A DNA stretch of 64,000 nucleotides from Laetmonice hystrix. Its lineage: Eukaryota. Shown here piece by piece: positions 13,298 to 27,592 of the stretch; the first letter of the stretch is position 1; each line of letters starts with the position of its first letter. Made by a program: the position numbers and the translations under genes. The stretch is from assembly GCA_965235115.1 (NCBI GenBank), contig OZ249436.1, forward strand, positions 34,038,001-34,102,000, given 5' to 3'. Under the pieces are notes generated by a model, which saw only the letters and a list, made by a program, of their open reading frames with translations, ran no database searches and was not told where the DNA came from.

Positions 13298-16200
13298 CAT
13301 TATCTCCGAGATACCGTCTTTGTTTTTCACATGACATCGGCCATCAATCTGGTTGTAATGTATTGGCCGGCCTCGTGGCCACGGCTGAGTATAAACCATC
13401 CACATTGGATTGGACTCAAGACCAGAAGCCTCGCCTCCCATTCATACCCGCAATTATATCGCAAGCCATTTATGCCTTTTTTTTCAAAAAAGCTACTGGA
13501 GTGATTTAAGTGTGGGGTGTGTGGCAGACTGCAGCGAGTGTGCCGGGATCGTAACCACAGGTCTTCTTACCGCATGACTCATCACAACCGAGCATGGCAA
13601 GCTTCTCATCCCTCCCCCACCCCACCCCACAATACACCCTGCCTACACCCCCCAACCACCACCACCACCACCCCCTGACAAATGAATCCACCGCAAGAGG
13701 TGCAATTATTTTTTGTGCGCTGCGTGGCACCACAATGGAAGGGATGTACTTTATTAAGAGGACACTGCGGTGTGTCTTCTGCCACAAGTGCTTAGAGGAT
13801 GCTGATTTAGAGTGGATGATGGTGACCCACAAAAACCACTGCCGGGGAGGCTGGGGTGGCTGCACCCTGCTTCGCACTCCCACTCCCTCCCTACAGCACT
13901 CATTAGCTCAGCTTTCTTGCTAACCCATCTCAAGCATCAAATCATCTTCAAGATTTTTTTTTATTTCAGCCTCTCTTCCTCCATCCTTTTGTAGATGGGG
14001 ACTTTGATAATTTAATATTTTTCTCCGGTGTATAGTTGCATTTAAGTGAGATTGGCATGTACAGTGAATCTGACGTTCATCTGTTCAACTTGAGAATGAC
14101 AACTCGCATTTTTGTAATTATTTAGCAACTTAACTTAAGGCCAGGTTAAACTGCCTTTAGATTTTTCGAACTTCTCTCGAATTTCTGCATAATATTATTA
14201 TAATGTTTACATGATGTCTTTTAAAAATATTTCAATGCCCCAAAAAGTTGCCAACAAAAATCCCATGAGATTCCCCCTTCCTGGCCACATGAGGGCAAGA
14301 AATGTAAAATTACACCAGCCAACCTGAACATTTGATGCATCCATGGTGCAATTTCAGAACATTTTATTTCCAGCTGAATTCATACTTGTTTAAATGTATA
14401 CATGATTGTGACTGCCATTGATTTTGTATCATATGCCGAATGGCTCTTGGTATCATAGCACTTTTGTTGCATTGAATCAGTTCTGTGTTCAAACAACCAT
14501 CCCCAAATGTGTTCTGATTTTAAAAAATGATAACCGGAAAAAGAATGGCTGAATCCTTGCCAGGGATAGTGTAGAGTTTATGAATCTGTGTTTTGGGCAC
14601 GGTGCGCATGAACTAGCACGGCCGTAGTGTTGGCAAGGTGGCTGAAGCGTGAGTGATAGGGAGAGACGGGGACAGTTTAAAATGTCATCCTGCAACACTG
14701 AGGCGGGACACGGGCAAAAAGGAGTCGTCAATGGAATGAAATGAAATTCCTAGAAATATTGATTTGGATGTTGGGAGGCCTGGGAATTAGGCTGGTTCTA
14801 GGAGGGTGCCGTGTAAGCGGGATGGGTGGAGCAGGGTAGGATGAGGGGGGTGGGGTGGTGAAGGGAGGGGCACCTCCGATGACGCTCCCCACCGCCACGT
14901 TCAAATTGAATTACTTAAAGGCACATCAGACATGGAAAATTACAGCCGTATAGCGGCAGCTGTTGTGACGGTATCGATTCATTATCGATTTTAGCACTGG
15001 AGTATGGGGGGGGGGGGGGTAGAGGAAAAGGGAACCCTGTATGTAAAAAAAAGTTCCTTTACCTCCTCACAGACAAATAAATATATGTAGTCTTTAAAAA
15101 GAAACAGCGCAGTGCATTAAGCTACGACAGAATAGATTTTCACAGATTACGTAGTAGATGTTGTATGTCATCGTAGCTTAATGTTATGTTTAATTTTGTG
15201 TACCATATCTTTTATTCTACCACAAACGTTTATCATAGATCGAAGGTAGAAGATCCTAGAATATTTTGGATTATAACACAGTTTTATATTATGCCTACTA
15301 TTGTTAACGTCTATTGCATAAAACACTCCCCCCTCGTCTCTGAAACCATCTACGTAGCACGTGATAGTATTATTCTGCACAGCCTTTGTTTGCTTAGTTG
15401 GTCATTGAGAACCCCCCCCCCCCCCTCAATTTTCATGAGGGTTTTTATTTAAAGTTCTGTAATCAAAGACTATTCTTAATTTGTAAGACCACTGTTCTTA
15501 GACGTTTGATGTAACATGGAACTACACAGCTAGCCTCAGGTCTTCTCTCTGGTAATTATTCCTTATCAAAAGATGTTTTTTGACCTTCCATTATGACAGT
15601 TCACTCTGCATATGGCAGTCTGCATGATGCCGCACCGAACCTCAACAAGGTCATTTTAAGGTTTCATTCAAGGTCTGCTATTGATTTTCTCGAAAGGAAA
15701 TAAGATATTGAAATGTAAAAAAGCCGCATCATTCTGATAGAAGGTTGGTGTGTTCTAACTGGGTACGTCCTTTCCTGTGTGGTCCGTCTTGTTTGAGTAT
15801 AGAAGTGTGTACTTTGAATGAAAATGAGATCCCAGTTATTGAGGTCATCAGGTCATTAAAACAGTGGCTCGTTTCAGTCTCACGCAGACAGTGCAGTTTT
15901 AAAATTATGTGAGGGTAAAACCTTGATTTAATTACAATTCGTGGCGGGTTGAAGTGGGGGGGGGGATTGTCGGGTTTGAGACAGCTGACCTGGGTCAATG
16001 CCCCAGAACAATCCCAACCGCTTAATATACTCCCTACCGGTAAACTATATATGCCGCTATATTTAATTTATAAATTAGTTCCACAAGTATTACATATGTT
16101 TTACTTCTTGATATTTTAGGTGATTTTATCGTTCTTGGTTATAACATGGAAATGACTTCATATTTTTGATTGTGTTCAGTGTGGAATACTCAAGTAGTAT

Positions 16201-18712
16201 AACTACACGTAGTTTGCATAATCTGGCAGCAAACTAGTCAGCACTTTTCTTATGACTAAGTTACTTTAGTAGAAATAACTTTTTACGAATATAGCGTGTG
16301 GTTTGTGCTTTGCCAGAGAAGACTGTACGGAGACACTGTTATGGGACACTTTTAGGCTCCAAACTTTGGAATGAATTGATAACTTGGAAGATGGAGGCAT
16401 TGCTCTCCGATAGTTTGCTTCGTTAGACAATAGGTGAGAGGAAATGGGATGCATTTATGGACACGGAAGAAGTGTTTGTCAGTGACAGTTTGACAGATTA
16501 CTACTGGCCTGTCCCATGTGTCATCGTCAGAGTGACCCGACCTGACCCACTCCGGGACGTGGAGTCGGAGAGCCCGGGCCGTCGGGTCCCGGCCTGGGCG
16601 GCAGGCGGCCGGGGCGCACCCTGCAGGCGCCCGGCCACATCGTTACACCATATGACACAACCAGCCGACCGGTGGCAGTGGCGGCGGTGGCAGCCTGAGT
16701 CATAACACTGTTCATCCCTGTCGGCTTGATTTAATGTAATATGTGTTTATGTTCCCACTCTGCCTCCCTTCTCAGCCCATGTAATATCACAGAAACATCA
16801 TTAGACACAATCACTCCTTGCAGAGGCTGGCCTAGAGTGTTTCTCAGTGTCTTTAATGTATGGATATGGGAAAAGCTTGCATTATGCACAGCAGGCATCG
16901 TGGGTTAAAATATTTAGCAATAGAATTATTTCACGGCACTAATTGTCTGCCCATAAGCTACAGAGAAACTGAGAATCAAAGGGAGCCAGATCCATCGGGT
17001 CATTATGTAAGACAATATTTATTGTGATTAGCTGTCAGAATTTATTGAAAGTATGAAATAAAATACTGAGAGAACTGATAGCCATCCCTACCTTGAAGAG
17101 TGGGGGTTGATACTACAAGACAGGCATCCATCATTTATTCTGAAAGTTCATGTCACCGAAGAAGGTCTGTTCCGAGAAAAAAAAATCATGACTCATGAAA
17201 AAAATTGTTTTTTGTTAGAAGAAAGTAGGTCAAGGCAGGTCATGCAGGGAAAATCTAATCACCCCGTCCCAAAAAAGGGGAGATTGGAAGGTAGTTTGTG
17301 TCACCATGGCAATGGGGGTGGGGCTGGACGGGGAGGTTACATGTGACAGAGGTGGGTTGGGTCATGTTGGATAATCGTCAGGCTGATGATGGAGGGTAGG
17401 GGCGGGATCCAGGGGTGGGGGCAAGGGCCAAAGCCCCCGGGATAGGGAAGGTAGGAGGCACCGCCTCATATGGCCTGAGGTCCACACTGCCCTCTTGCCC
17501 CCAGTGTCAGGCCTAGAGCTTTTTTCATTTGACAGATATTCCACTTCTGCCACGTGTAATGTTCTGTTTATGGGCCAGGAGGACAGATGATCTCAAATCA
17601 TGTCAGGCTTTTTAAACTGGAAGGATTTTTGACTTGGAGGAGATAAATAAATAATGATAGGGGCACTTTTATGAGTATTTCTGTTTGTTCTGTTATGAGG
17701 GGATAACTTTGTAACCTTGATAGAAATGTTACTTTTTTTCACAAAGAGACGCTTTTTGGGGGGTATTTTTCTCTGTATGAGAAATCTCTTTAAATCTTTG
17801 TACGATTCAGGTACTGATCTGGTTGTCATATTGGAGGTCTAACCTTGAAATCAATAAAAGTCGACTTTTATTATTAATATAGTCATTATTATGGAGCCAT
17901 GCAGAGAAAACAGCTTCTTGAGGTGTAACGGAAATAATTGAAAAAAGGTTACGGTGCTTGTACCGAAATGGTAGAACAGGTAGATTTCTATATATCTACT
18001 CCTTCATTATTATGATGGAGTGGGTAAGTTAGCTCAGTTGACACTGTATCCTGATCACTGCTTGGCTCCCAGGCCACCAGGTGGCAGGGGCAGCACCCAT
18101 CGACACCACACATCGGGGAGGTGGCCCTTAGCCTGGGATCATCAGCTCATGCACGAAGCCTCACCTACAAAATATAGAAACACACGCTAAGTCACCTCCA
18201 GACACACACCCAGAGACGCAAAGATCAAAATGTCATTCATGTCAAGCCCAAAGTGTCCTATATTAGCATTCCGAAATAAGTTACTACCATCTTGCAGTTA
18301 AGGTAATTTATGGTCTATTTTATCACAAATTCGATGCAGCTTTGTTTATAAAGATAGAACGTCTTTAGAATGGAAGATTCTCAATCAGCGTGTACGAAAG
18401 GTAAAATTGGTCACATTAGATTTACGGCATGTGTGAAGGTAAAGGATGAGGATGAAGGCGGAGATGGTGATGTATGAGGAGTGTTGGGACGGAGGCAGGG
18501 CAGAGTTATGAGACTAAACATGGAACGACATGGCTGACATTCCCACTCCGTACACCGTGTACCTCTGACCTTCACAGTCTCTCCTCCACACACACAACTC
18601 CGATGGATATCAAAACCCGGTTATTGCCGTAACCTTGTTGTGGCTATGACCAAACAACCATGGCAACCGCTGGCCCCGGCGCGCGACCAGCCCCGCCCCA
18701 GGTAGCCCCCCG

Positions 18713-18979
18713 GTGGTCCGTCGGGGGCAGGGCAGGGGGCAGGTCAGAATCACAATAGGGCATCGTTACGTGGCCGCCGGAGTAATGATATCTGCCGTCA
18801 CATATGGCAGGTTGTTGGGGGTGAAGGGGAGATGTCAAGAAGGTCCAAGAGGCGGGCATGGCCTGGTAACCTGGCCGGTTCAACTAGGGCCCTGCCCCTC
18901 CCTGCCCCCTGCCCCTCAACTGCCCTTCCTCGGCCTGCCCCCACCCTGGGGACAGCGGGGCTCTGACCAGGTTCTCTGA
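18713..18979 (+). pseudogene. RCC1-like fragment
   Basis: RYVAAGVMISAVTYGRLLGVKG, cf. VAAG..HS.ALT..G.LY.WG. Confidence 0.4.
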
Positions 18980-19222
18980 GGGTCATTAGGCAAAGATCGA
19001 AGCCCTGGCACTCGGTTGGATCATTGCCCGCAACAGCGATGATCGAAATTTCCGCGTATTTACAGTGGGCTGCACTCGGTGTGAGATAAGAGACAAGGAT
19101 CAAGTGGGTCGGTCAACATCCCTGGCTTCATGTATCAGGGGTCCACTGTAGGGGTTGGCAGGGTTCTGACCGGACTGACCCAAACACCCCACTCCCTCTA
19201 ACACCCCACACCGGCCGCATCG

Positions 19223-19262
19223 CCCCCCCCCCACCCCCGCCCCCGCCCCCGCCCCCGCCCCC
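19223..19262 (-). repeat. (GGGGGC)5 plus G-run, canonical G-quadruplex motif on the minus strand
   Basis: + strand reads ccccccccccacccccgcccccgcccccgcccccgccccc. Confidence 0.75.
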
Positions 19263-20584
19263 GACATTCTGTTATCTCATCAGACGCCACCTCCATACAA
19301 TGCCACTTCAACTGGAGCAAACAACCACAACGTGACAGCTTTACTGGATAAGTCAAATCATCGCATTCATGACCCAATATTCGCCGCCCCGAAACATCTG
19401 CCAACCTTTCCTATAAAGAAACATAGTAAACAATGACTGATACATCTGTGAATGATAGGAATTATATATCAGAACTCATGCATATCAATATGTTAGGGCA
19501 TTGTGGCGGATACGTATGCCAGATAAAACATAATTTAGATTAATACATTTTCAATACAACAGACACTATAGCAGCCTGTCTGCCGTTCGGATCATTTTCC
19601 ATAGGACTGAATTAACTTGTATAAAAGTTGTAATAATATTTTATAGAATTCGGTTAAAAAAATATAGAAAATAGGTCTTCATAATTACCCAGAAGACCAG
19701 AGCTTTTCGGTGGCGCAGTTAAAGTGGGTCAGAGCTACATACAAAGGCTTTGTTGGTTGGGATCAATTTAACCTTGTCATTTTAGTGGTATCAGTCACAC
19801 GTAATAAATGATTCTATTAGAGACTTTGCCAGAATGGCGGTTACCATTGAGAGCTCTAATGATAAATTCGTCGCAAGCAGTAGATATATTTGGGTATTGT
19901 CCAATAGAAAAAGGCTGATAAGGAGAGGTATGTGTAGTACTATTCCGACCCTTATCTCAAATGTAAGAAAATTAGGGGGGGGGGGGGTTACTCCTTTTTT
20001 CATACACCTTTTAGGTGCCAGTATCTTATCTATGCTTTATTATACATGCAAGTCGTGTACATATTGCATGCCAGCACACAACTTCGGACATCCTATTTTT
20101 TTGCTATGGTTACGTGTTGTAGTTCATACCTGCAAGGGTCATCAAAAGTTCAGATATACGGCTTCCGTTTGGGTCAGTGGTGAGATAAAAATTAGCAATA
20201 AAATAAAACCGGAATGAACTCTGTCAAGAAAGAGAGATATAACCCTGTGGGTGTGCGTGATCTCCAAATGGGAAGAAACTGGGTTGGACAATAATGTTAG
20301 AAAATGATCATTTAGCATATTTCATGGCAATTTTTGCTTCGTGAATTCAATCTTCTTTTTCATTCGCTATGTTTGGATGATGGTGTTTATAACCAAACTT
20401 ATACACAGGTGGCCCTATACCACGATATTACTGAAGCATCAGTGTATAGGGAAGGCGCCTACATAAATAAGGGATGGAGAGTTACCCGTACAAGTCTCAG
20501 GCTTCTCCTCTTATATGATATCTGCTGACCTGACAAACTTGCCATGCATGAGACTGGCATGTATATTATACATACTCACTATAT

Positions 20585-20891
20585 GCAGTTGCCTGCATTG
20601 GGGAGTTGCCTGCATTGGGGAGTTGCCTGCATTGGGGAGTTGCCTGCATTGGGCAGTTGCCTGCATTGGGGAGTTGCCTGCATTGGGCAGTTGCCTGCAT
20701 TGGGCAGTTGCCTGCATTGGGCAGTTGCCTGCATTGGGCAGTTGCCTGCATTGGGCAGTTGCCTGCATTGGGCAGTTGCCTGCATTGGGGAGTTGCCTGC
20801 ATTGGGCAGTTGCCTGCATTGGGCAGTTGCCTGCATTGGGCAGTTGCCTGCATTGGGCAGTTGCCTGCATTGGGCAGTTGCCTGCATTGGG
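20585..20891. repeat. 17-bp minisatellite, about 18 copies, unit AGTTGCCTGCATTGGG(C/G)
   Basis: Read directly. Near-perfect array with one C/G variable position. Explains the overlapping repetitive ORFs at 20511-21098. Confidence 0.97.
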
Positions 20892-23800
20892 TATACTCGT
20901 ACATGTAGAATTGCCACTATAGTTTCCAAGCAAACCCGGCTGCTGGCATTATTGCTCGCCATTCACCTCGCACCTGACCTACTTGTAAGTTGGCCTTGTA
21001 GTCATTCCCTTATGGAAACGTACATTGTTGTACGAAATAACCAAAGGCACCGTGGAAGTATGTCATTAATTTCGACAGAAGACTTTGTTGTGGTATAACA
21101 CTCGTCAAACCACACCTGGAAAATATGAACACCCCCCACGTCCGTTTGGTTACAAGATTGGTTGCACATAATGCGTCACTGTTTTCAGGAAATTAATCTA
21201 AGTCTGCGGTGAGGATGTGGGGACCATTTCTTATGCATGACGTCGCCAAAAGTAGACAAGACGCGTCCTAATTAGACCTCTGTCCAAGGTAAATGGTTGG
21301 GTAAGAGAGCAGTAAAGGTAGAAGCACGAAGTTTGTCACCAGCCGTGGTGACCTGGACGTGTCCCCATTCTCCACTTGTTTCCTGGACATTACGACATGG
21401 ACGTCTCTATACAGAAGCGTGCCCCCCACGACAGCTTCCCAAGGGTGACGTCGGCCGCATTCAGACTTCACTTCCACACCAAGAAGCTTCATGAATAAGC
21501 GCATAGATAGAACGTCGGCAGAGGAATGGCAGGCCGGGCAGGTTTAGCGAGGGTCAGTGGGGAGGTTGCGTTGGTGGCAGGCTGGGGGCTTAGTGGAGTC
21601 AGAAGGCAATGCCGTCGGATGTCACCCTCAGCCCTTACCAATCTGGTTAGACCACTCGCGGCCGTGACAGCAGGCAAAAGTTCATGAATACAGGCACACT
21701 TTGGTGTCAGAGGGCCTTGGTATCACAGACATTTAATCCCAACAAGGTGGCTGGGATCCACTGGTTTTAGACTGCAGGCCACAAAGGCTGCTGACATGAG
21801 CGCCCTACAATCTGGTTACCACGGTTTCAGGCCTCACACTATCAAAGTTCATGCATTGCTTGCAAGCCTGGCAAGTCTGGAGGTCAGGCGAGGTCGACGT
21901 GAATTTACATAACAGAAGCAATCCGCACATTGATTCCTTATTGGAAAGATAACAAAAATGGGCTGGAGGCCAGGCTGGATTGTAAAGAACTGAGCATGGA
22001 TTTCGCCGGTTTTGGCTCAGGACTGTTTCAAATTGGATCCAGAATTAGCTGACAAAATGGGATCATGTCCACCGCTATCAGAACCTGGTCTTCCTTGCAG
22101 CCGGTCAGACGTAAGCCGTGGGATTGGTCCAGAATTCAAAAAGGCCATGTTATGATGGAACCGAAGGGTCTCCGTATATACACAGTCAGCCTTTGGTCTC
22201 AGACTTTTCACAGTTTTCAGTTTCTCTTTCTTTTATGTATTCATACCATCGGTAATCAGAATGTAATTGTGACAATGAATTTTGAACTGTACACTACGGA
22301 ATGAATTCTGTTTAGAATTTCATGTAGAAAATGTTTTATCTCCAGATTATAGTGTCAATGTGACAGATACGGTATCCTGTCACATCACGTCTATATTATA
22401 GTTATTTTCATGAACAGGCTAAGCATACGTTTAAGACATCGAATGAAAATATATGCATTAGAAAATGTTTAATAATGACTTTAGTGGTTTTCTCTGACGC
22501 ATTTAACATGGATCTCATACAGCAAGGCAGCGTTTAGACCTTTGTATTACTGCATTACGTGAACTTCGAGATGTAAATATTTATGTACAATATAACATAG
22601 TTGGTACGATGTCAGGACGTTGAAGTATCTTGTTGCTCCTATGCATTCAACAGAGTGACAAAATAAAAAGAGAAACCTCGCACTAACCAATACATGTTGT
22701 TAATATAATTATATTATTCAGTGCTTAGAAAGGGCTTGACAAAAAGGTCAGTGAGAAAATCTGAGCATGAAAAATGTTTTCTGAATATGTGTCCATTACA
22801 TTTTTGTTCGAATGTCACATAGTGTGAAGGTGAGTGACTAAATGGCTGCTAAATGACATAATGCAACTGTCGGATCATTTCAGTGCTTTCTGTTGTTGTG
22901 AATTTCTAGTTGAGTGCTTCCCCCTTTACATCTCATTCCATCCCCGTGAGTGGCATGATTACATTAGGTGTACAAGGGGTTGTGCTCATTGCCATAAAGC
23001 TCTACCATCAGATTACACTCTATGACCTAATGGCAGGACTCATTGCTTTGTTCGCTCATTACCCAGTCCGTGGTCAGAGGATTTAGATAAGGTAAGCCAC
23101 TGAAGCCATCAGGCTTGATCTCTGAGATCGTCTTGCACCATAAAACGAATACACTTTGTAATGGGCTTACAGCCTCCCCAACAGAGTATAAATGGAACGA
23201 CCAGTATAGTGAGAGATGCCAAGCAAAAGTCACGCTAACAAATGACGCCTTTGAAATATGGGCAGAGAAGGATAAGTGTAGAGTCGGGGAAGGGAAAGTT
23301 CAAGAAGATAAAAGTGTTAGTCACTCGAATCCGTGGCATCTGACATGTACGTCTTGGTGCCTGGTGGATATAATGGCAGTGGACATTCCAATTAGGACTT
23401 CATCCCGCCCTCAGTTAGCAGGGACGGAGTTTCGAAACTGATACCTTCACACCACAAACTGTGAACGTGATTTGTCATCAGGGTTATTAGCAGTGAGAAA
23501 AACAGAAACGGTGAGAAAGACGGCATGGTCTGGCTCAAGTAAATTCGACTCAAGTTTAAAACTTTTATGTATTTATTACTGTCGTCATATTTTGTATATT
23601 GGGGTTCTGGAGACGTGAAGTTAGGAAGTTTTTAAACTTGACTTGTAGGTCTCCACAAGGGTGAACTGGTCACATCGTGGGGTCAGGCAGTCAGCCCCGT
23701 GAGGAGTTGGGGTTGGGGAGAGGGCAGAAAGGGGGTGGACCCCCCAGACCATGCCGGCTTTGGGGCAAGGGGTTAATGCTACCCGTGGTGGTGGGTTCAT

Positions 23801-25270
23801 TGCACACAGCGAGCCGAGTTATGCCTAACGTCACATAACTACATGCTACCGTGATAGAACCGGGCAAATATGAACCATGCGGCATGGCCTTGGGGCAAGG
23901 CGAGGTCTGACCAGGCCACAAGGCCATGGGAAAGGGACCCAGGGGGTTGGCTTCGGTACCCCAGGTACTGGACCGGGGCAGACACCATGGCGGGACGGGG
24001 CGCTAACTTTAGCCCCGGCACGTGCATGGGGCACGGAGTCACATCTGTAATGACACTTGGTCCCAAGTTCAAAATATGAAATTATGGTCTATGTCATAAA
24101 CGACCTCTGGGACGGGCGGGTTCAGCGGGGGCAAGTATGGAGGGTAGGGGGTGTGACTGTTTGCCCCCCTCCCAGGGTGCCGGGTCCCGCGGTACTGTCA
24201 CCACCACTGCATGTATAGCTCCCACACGTGCACGGATGACATTCATGCTGGCTACATGGTCGCATCTCTGGAATTGAGAAATATGAAATTGGGAAGTTAT
24301 GGGCTTATGATGCCCCCCTTGGTGGGGCAGGGAGGGGCAGGCTTGACGGTTGAAGGCAAGAATTCAGGAGATTGATTAGTATACCACACATGTATCTCCC
24401 GTGATGGGGGCAGCGTGGAGATAGTGTCTGGCTTTTAGTATTTATGTGCATGTATGACGACGATGCCGTGCAATAAAACATGAGCTTTTGATGTGGGATT
24501 CAGAGTGCTTTACTAATGGGAACTACAAACTAGGAAGCCGACATATCATAAACCAACTGCTGGTCATACATGGAAGATATATTTAGTGGTTCAGTGCAAA
24601 TATCACATTTAGCATTCAATGTCAGCCAGCGATAGTCTTCAACATCCAAGCACAACTCGACGTTTGGGCGGTAGGATACGAAACTTTGGGGAGAAGTAGC
24701 CCCCAGGGGGATAAAGTCACCACACCCACCGTATCGCTGAGTCTAGTTTTACACGAATAGTGCAGCCTATGTGCTGCGCTGGCAACCCTTATACAGGATA
24801 TTTCATAGTTATAACGAGAAAACACTTAGCGCTCAAGTGATTTGACTAGGTGAAATTGTATGCGTCATTCTCCAGTATATTCACTTCAGGATATAATATC
24901 TGTATATTGAGATTGAGCTAACTCGAGCATACGTTGATAATCTTCCTGTAAAACCAGAAGTGCACATATATTAAGTGGATTGCATCAGTTGATGTGGTGA
25001 GTAACCTTTTAGCCAAGGGTCACTGCCGTGAGGCTGGTGTTATTTCTATGAGGCATGAAATAGGTGCAGAGGTCTTGTTCTTTGACTCCAGGGTCAGAGG
25101 GTCTCGCCGAGTCAGAGGCAGGTGGTGGTGTAGGTAAGATATAAGTGGTGCCAAATTGGGGCTAAAGGGTCAGGGAACTGTAAAAAGTCAGACTTTTTCT
25201 ATTTTAACATGTATCCCTAACACCATGACACCTGCCCAGGAGATAACGGGAAAACTAAATATAGCGAGTC

Positions 25271-25356
25271 GGCCTTGACTTCTGCCATCATTGCCACTGA
25301 GGATGGGGTCGAAGGCCTTGACTTCTGCCATCATTGCCACTGAGGATGGGGTCGAA
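25271..25356. repeat. Perfect 43-bp tandem duplication
   Basis: GGCCTTGACTTCTGCCATCATTGCCACTGAGGATGGGGTCGAA twice (25271-25313, 25314-25356). Confidence 0.97.
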
Positions 25357-27539
25357 GGGTTGGGAGGGAGGTGTGGGGGGGGGGGGGGGGTCTGGAAGTT
25401 AAGATACCAACCGTAGTGACCCTGAGATTTATGTATACTTGAACATTTCTCTTGTCATAGGCCGTAACAATAGTTGGAAGGGATGGGTAGATACGGCTGA
25501 AGGCTGAAGGCAAGGAGACCAGCTCAGTGAAACTGTAACCTTTCAGTGGTCAGATAACACAGGCTTGGGTTACACCATCACTGTCTGCTAAGAGACATCA
25601 AAGACCGGGGAAGTGCCACAGTTTAGGCAAGTAGTTGACAACAGGGCTATTATTCAACACTTCACAGGAAGATGGCATCCTACGGTTTGCAGCCGGTTGT
25701 CAATGTTATAGCAAGAGCTCACATGTTGGGAACCGATTTGGGTATTTTTTAACCCCTCCGAGAAAAGGGAAGAAGTTGTAACGAACAAGCATTTTTCTGA
25801 TATACTGGACAATAGTGTTGGAAAACGTTATAAGGATCCTCTAAATCACTCCCACCGAAAATATAAGGTCAGATTTTCTATTATTGTCGTCTCATGTCAT
25901 GTTAGATCATGTTTCCAAATTAAGTTGAATAATTAATGTTGAATATAGATATCTTCAGGTTCAGAAGTTATATAGCCCGAATATATAGCCTCGCTAAGTT
26001 TAGATATATTGCTAGACAGTAGCTGTGCAGAGTCACAAAGTGCGTTTGCCTGATTATTTCTTTGTTGCTGCCACTTTTGGCCTTTTATTCCTAATGATGA
26101 CTGGGCACAATTGGCAATCATGTTGGAGCAGCCCAGGCTGAGCATGTCATCGCATGCATGACATATGTGTTCATGTAGTGAGCGGCAGACTCACAAAGGC
26201 CGAAACCACCTGAAAGTCGGTGTATAATTATGTTTGACCAACGAGTGCACATATACAAAGACCGGAGCATGGTACTTCTGGAACGTTTCCATGGCAAACG
26301 ATTCCTTGTCCACTACTGTCCTTTTGGCGTGAAAACAATAGACACAGTCACCTGCAGAGTCTGTCGGCTGGTGAGTTAACCCTTAACCTGCTCCAGCCCA
26401 GTCTGGCTTTGACAGTCTTAACTGGTGTAGCATTTCAATAATCCGGGGTTCTTTTAATAAGCACATAATTTCTTGTCAGTTATATAGATGGAATGCGTAT
26501 ACCTTGTTTTATAGGTGATTGAGAAAGGTTTAAAGGCGCACGTGTTTGAAAAGTTGAAAATATGGAACCGTCTGGGCATTGCCAGTGTTAAATGATGGAT
26601 ATAATGGTCATGCACTGTGACAAAAAAATAATTTCATGTTGGTATCGGCCAGTGGCAGGGGCCTCGAGGGTCGGGCACGGGTGATGACCAGGGCATCAAA
26701 GGCCAGCTGGAGGTGTTTAGGTCAGGGCTCGCATGCTATTCTCTTATAAAATGTCATTTATTTGTCAACAGGAGGCCTTGACAATGGCCAATGAAGGAGC
26801 GACATGCTCGTGAGCCTGGACCTCGTGGTACACGCCGGCCCGTGGTCGGCATGAACCGGTGCCGCCTGCACTGGACAAATTACAAGCAATTGGGTCGTTT
26901 CAAGCAATTTTCCTGTCTCCTTGAAGACTTTTCTTGTTTTTACAAATCCGTGTGTTGCCCACACGTGGCTTTAGAAAGAAGAGACCGGCCTGCAGGCATA
27001 AAAGTGACAGAAATTTGTTCTTGTGCTCTGTCACCCCATGTCATGCAATGGGAGGAAGGTATGTAGAACAGCACTGTGGTCTTGACTTCTTCAAGCCTGT
27101 CTGACCTTGTTGGAGACAGAGACTTTTCTTCTGACGGTCTAAACTGGTATCAATATGCCCTTCACAAATATATATTCTTCATGAAGATGTGGAGAGATTA
27201 CCGGGGTGCCATAGCCAAGATTGATCTTTGTATATGTGATGGCATATACTTGATTATTTAGAGCGAAACCTGGTGTCTTTTTGGCTTATTTTTGCACTTT
27301 TTCAACAAGCAACGGCTATAAAGAGGATATTAACCATAAATGTTGAAAGGAAAGTTATACCGGCAGATATCTTAACAATATGGAACTTGGCTCTGCTGTT
27401 TGCGATGTGACTGCATGAACAAACTTTTAAACTTTAATGTATCCAAAGCACAGCTTTAAAGTTAACCTGACATTCAGTGTTATCGCGTGACAGTTCAGAC
27501 TTCAAAATGTGGTAAGAATTATTTTCTTCTTCCTGGCAG

Positions 27540-27592
27540 CCTCTCTTGGTGTTGGTATTACTTCAAATAGTCAACTCACATTGGAAAATGAT
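27540..27592 (+). pseudogene. RCC1-like pseudo-exon fragment
   Basis: Acceptor ttttcttcttcctggcAG; tgt tgg (CW), then a frame change and agt caa ctc aca ttg gaa aat gat = SQLTLEND, cf. GQLGLGND. Confidence 0.3.

Noticed and set aside
13735-13870. BIR-like motif GMYF...LRCVFC...H...C
   Set aside because: Lacks the RxxTF..WP start and the conserved W/DDP/EH spacing. Single weak match with no exon boundaries.
18027-18045. tRNA A-box-like TAGCTCAGTTG (and B-box-like GGTTCGAGTC at about 42700 + and 43230 -)
   Set aside because: No partner box at proper spacing and no cloverleaf.
20511-21098. Six overlapping ORFs of 100-184 aa
   Set aside because: They are translations of the 17-bp minisatellite in multiple frames on both strands, with no unique coding content.
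21840-21915. LINE C-terminal-like LASLEVRRGR
   Set aside because: Too short, with no RT or endonuclease remnants or poly-A nearby.
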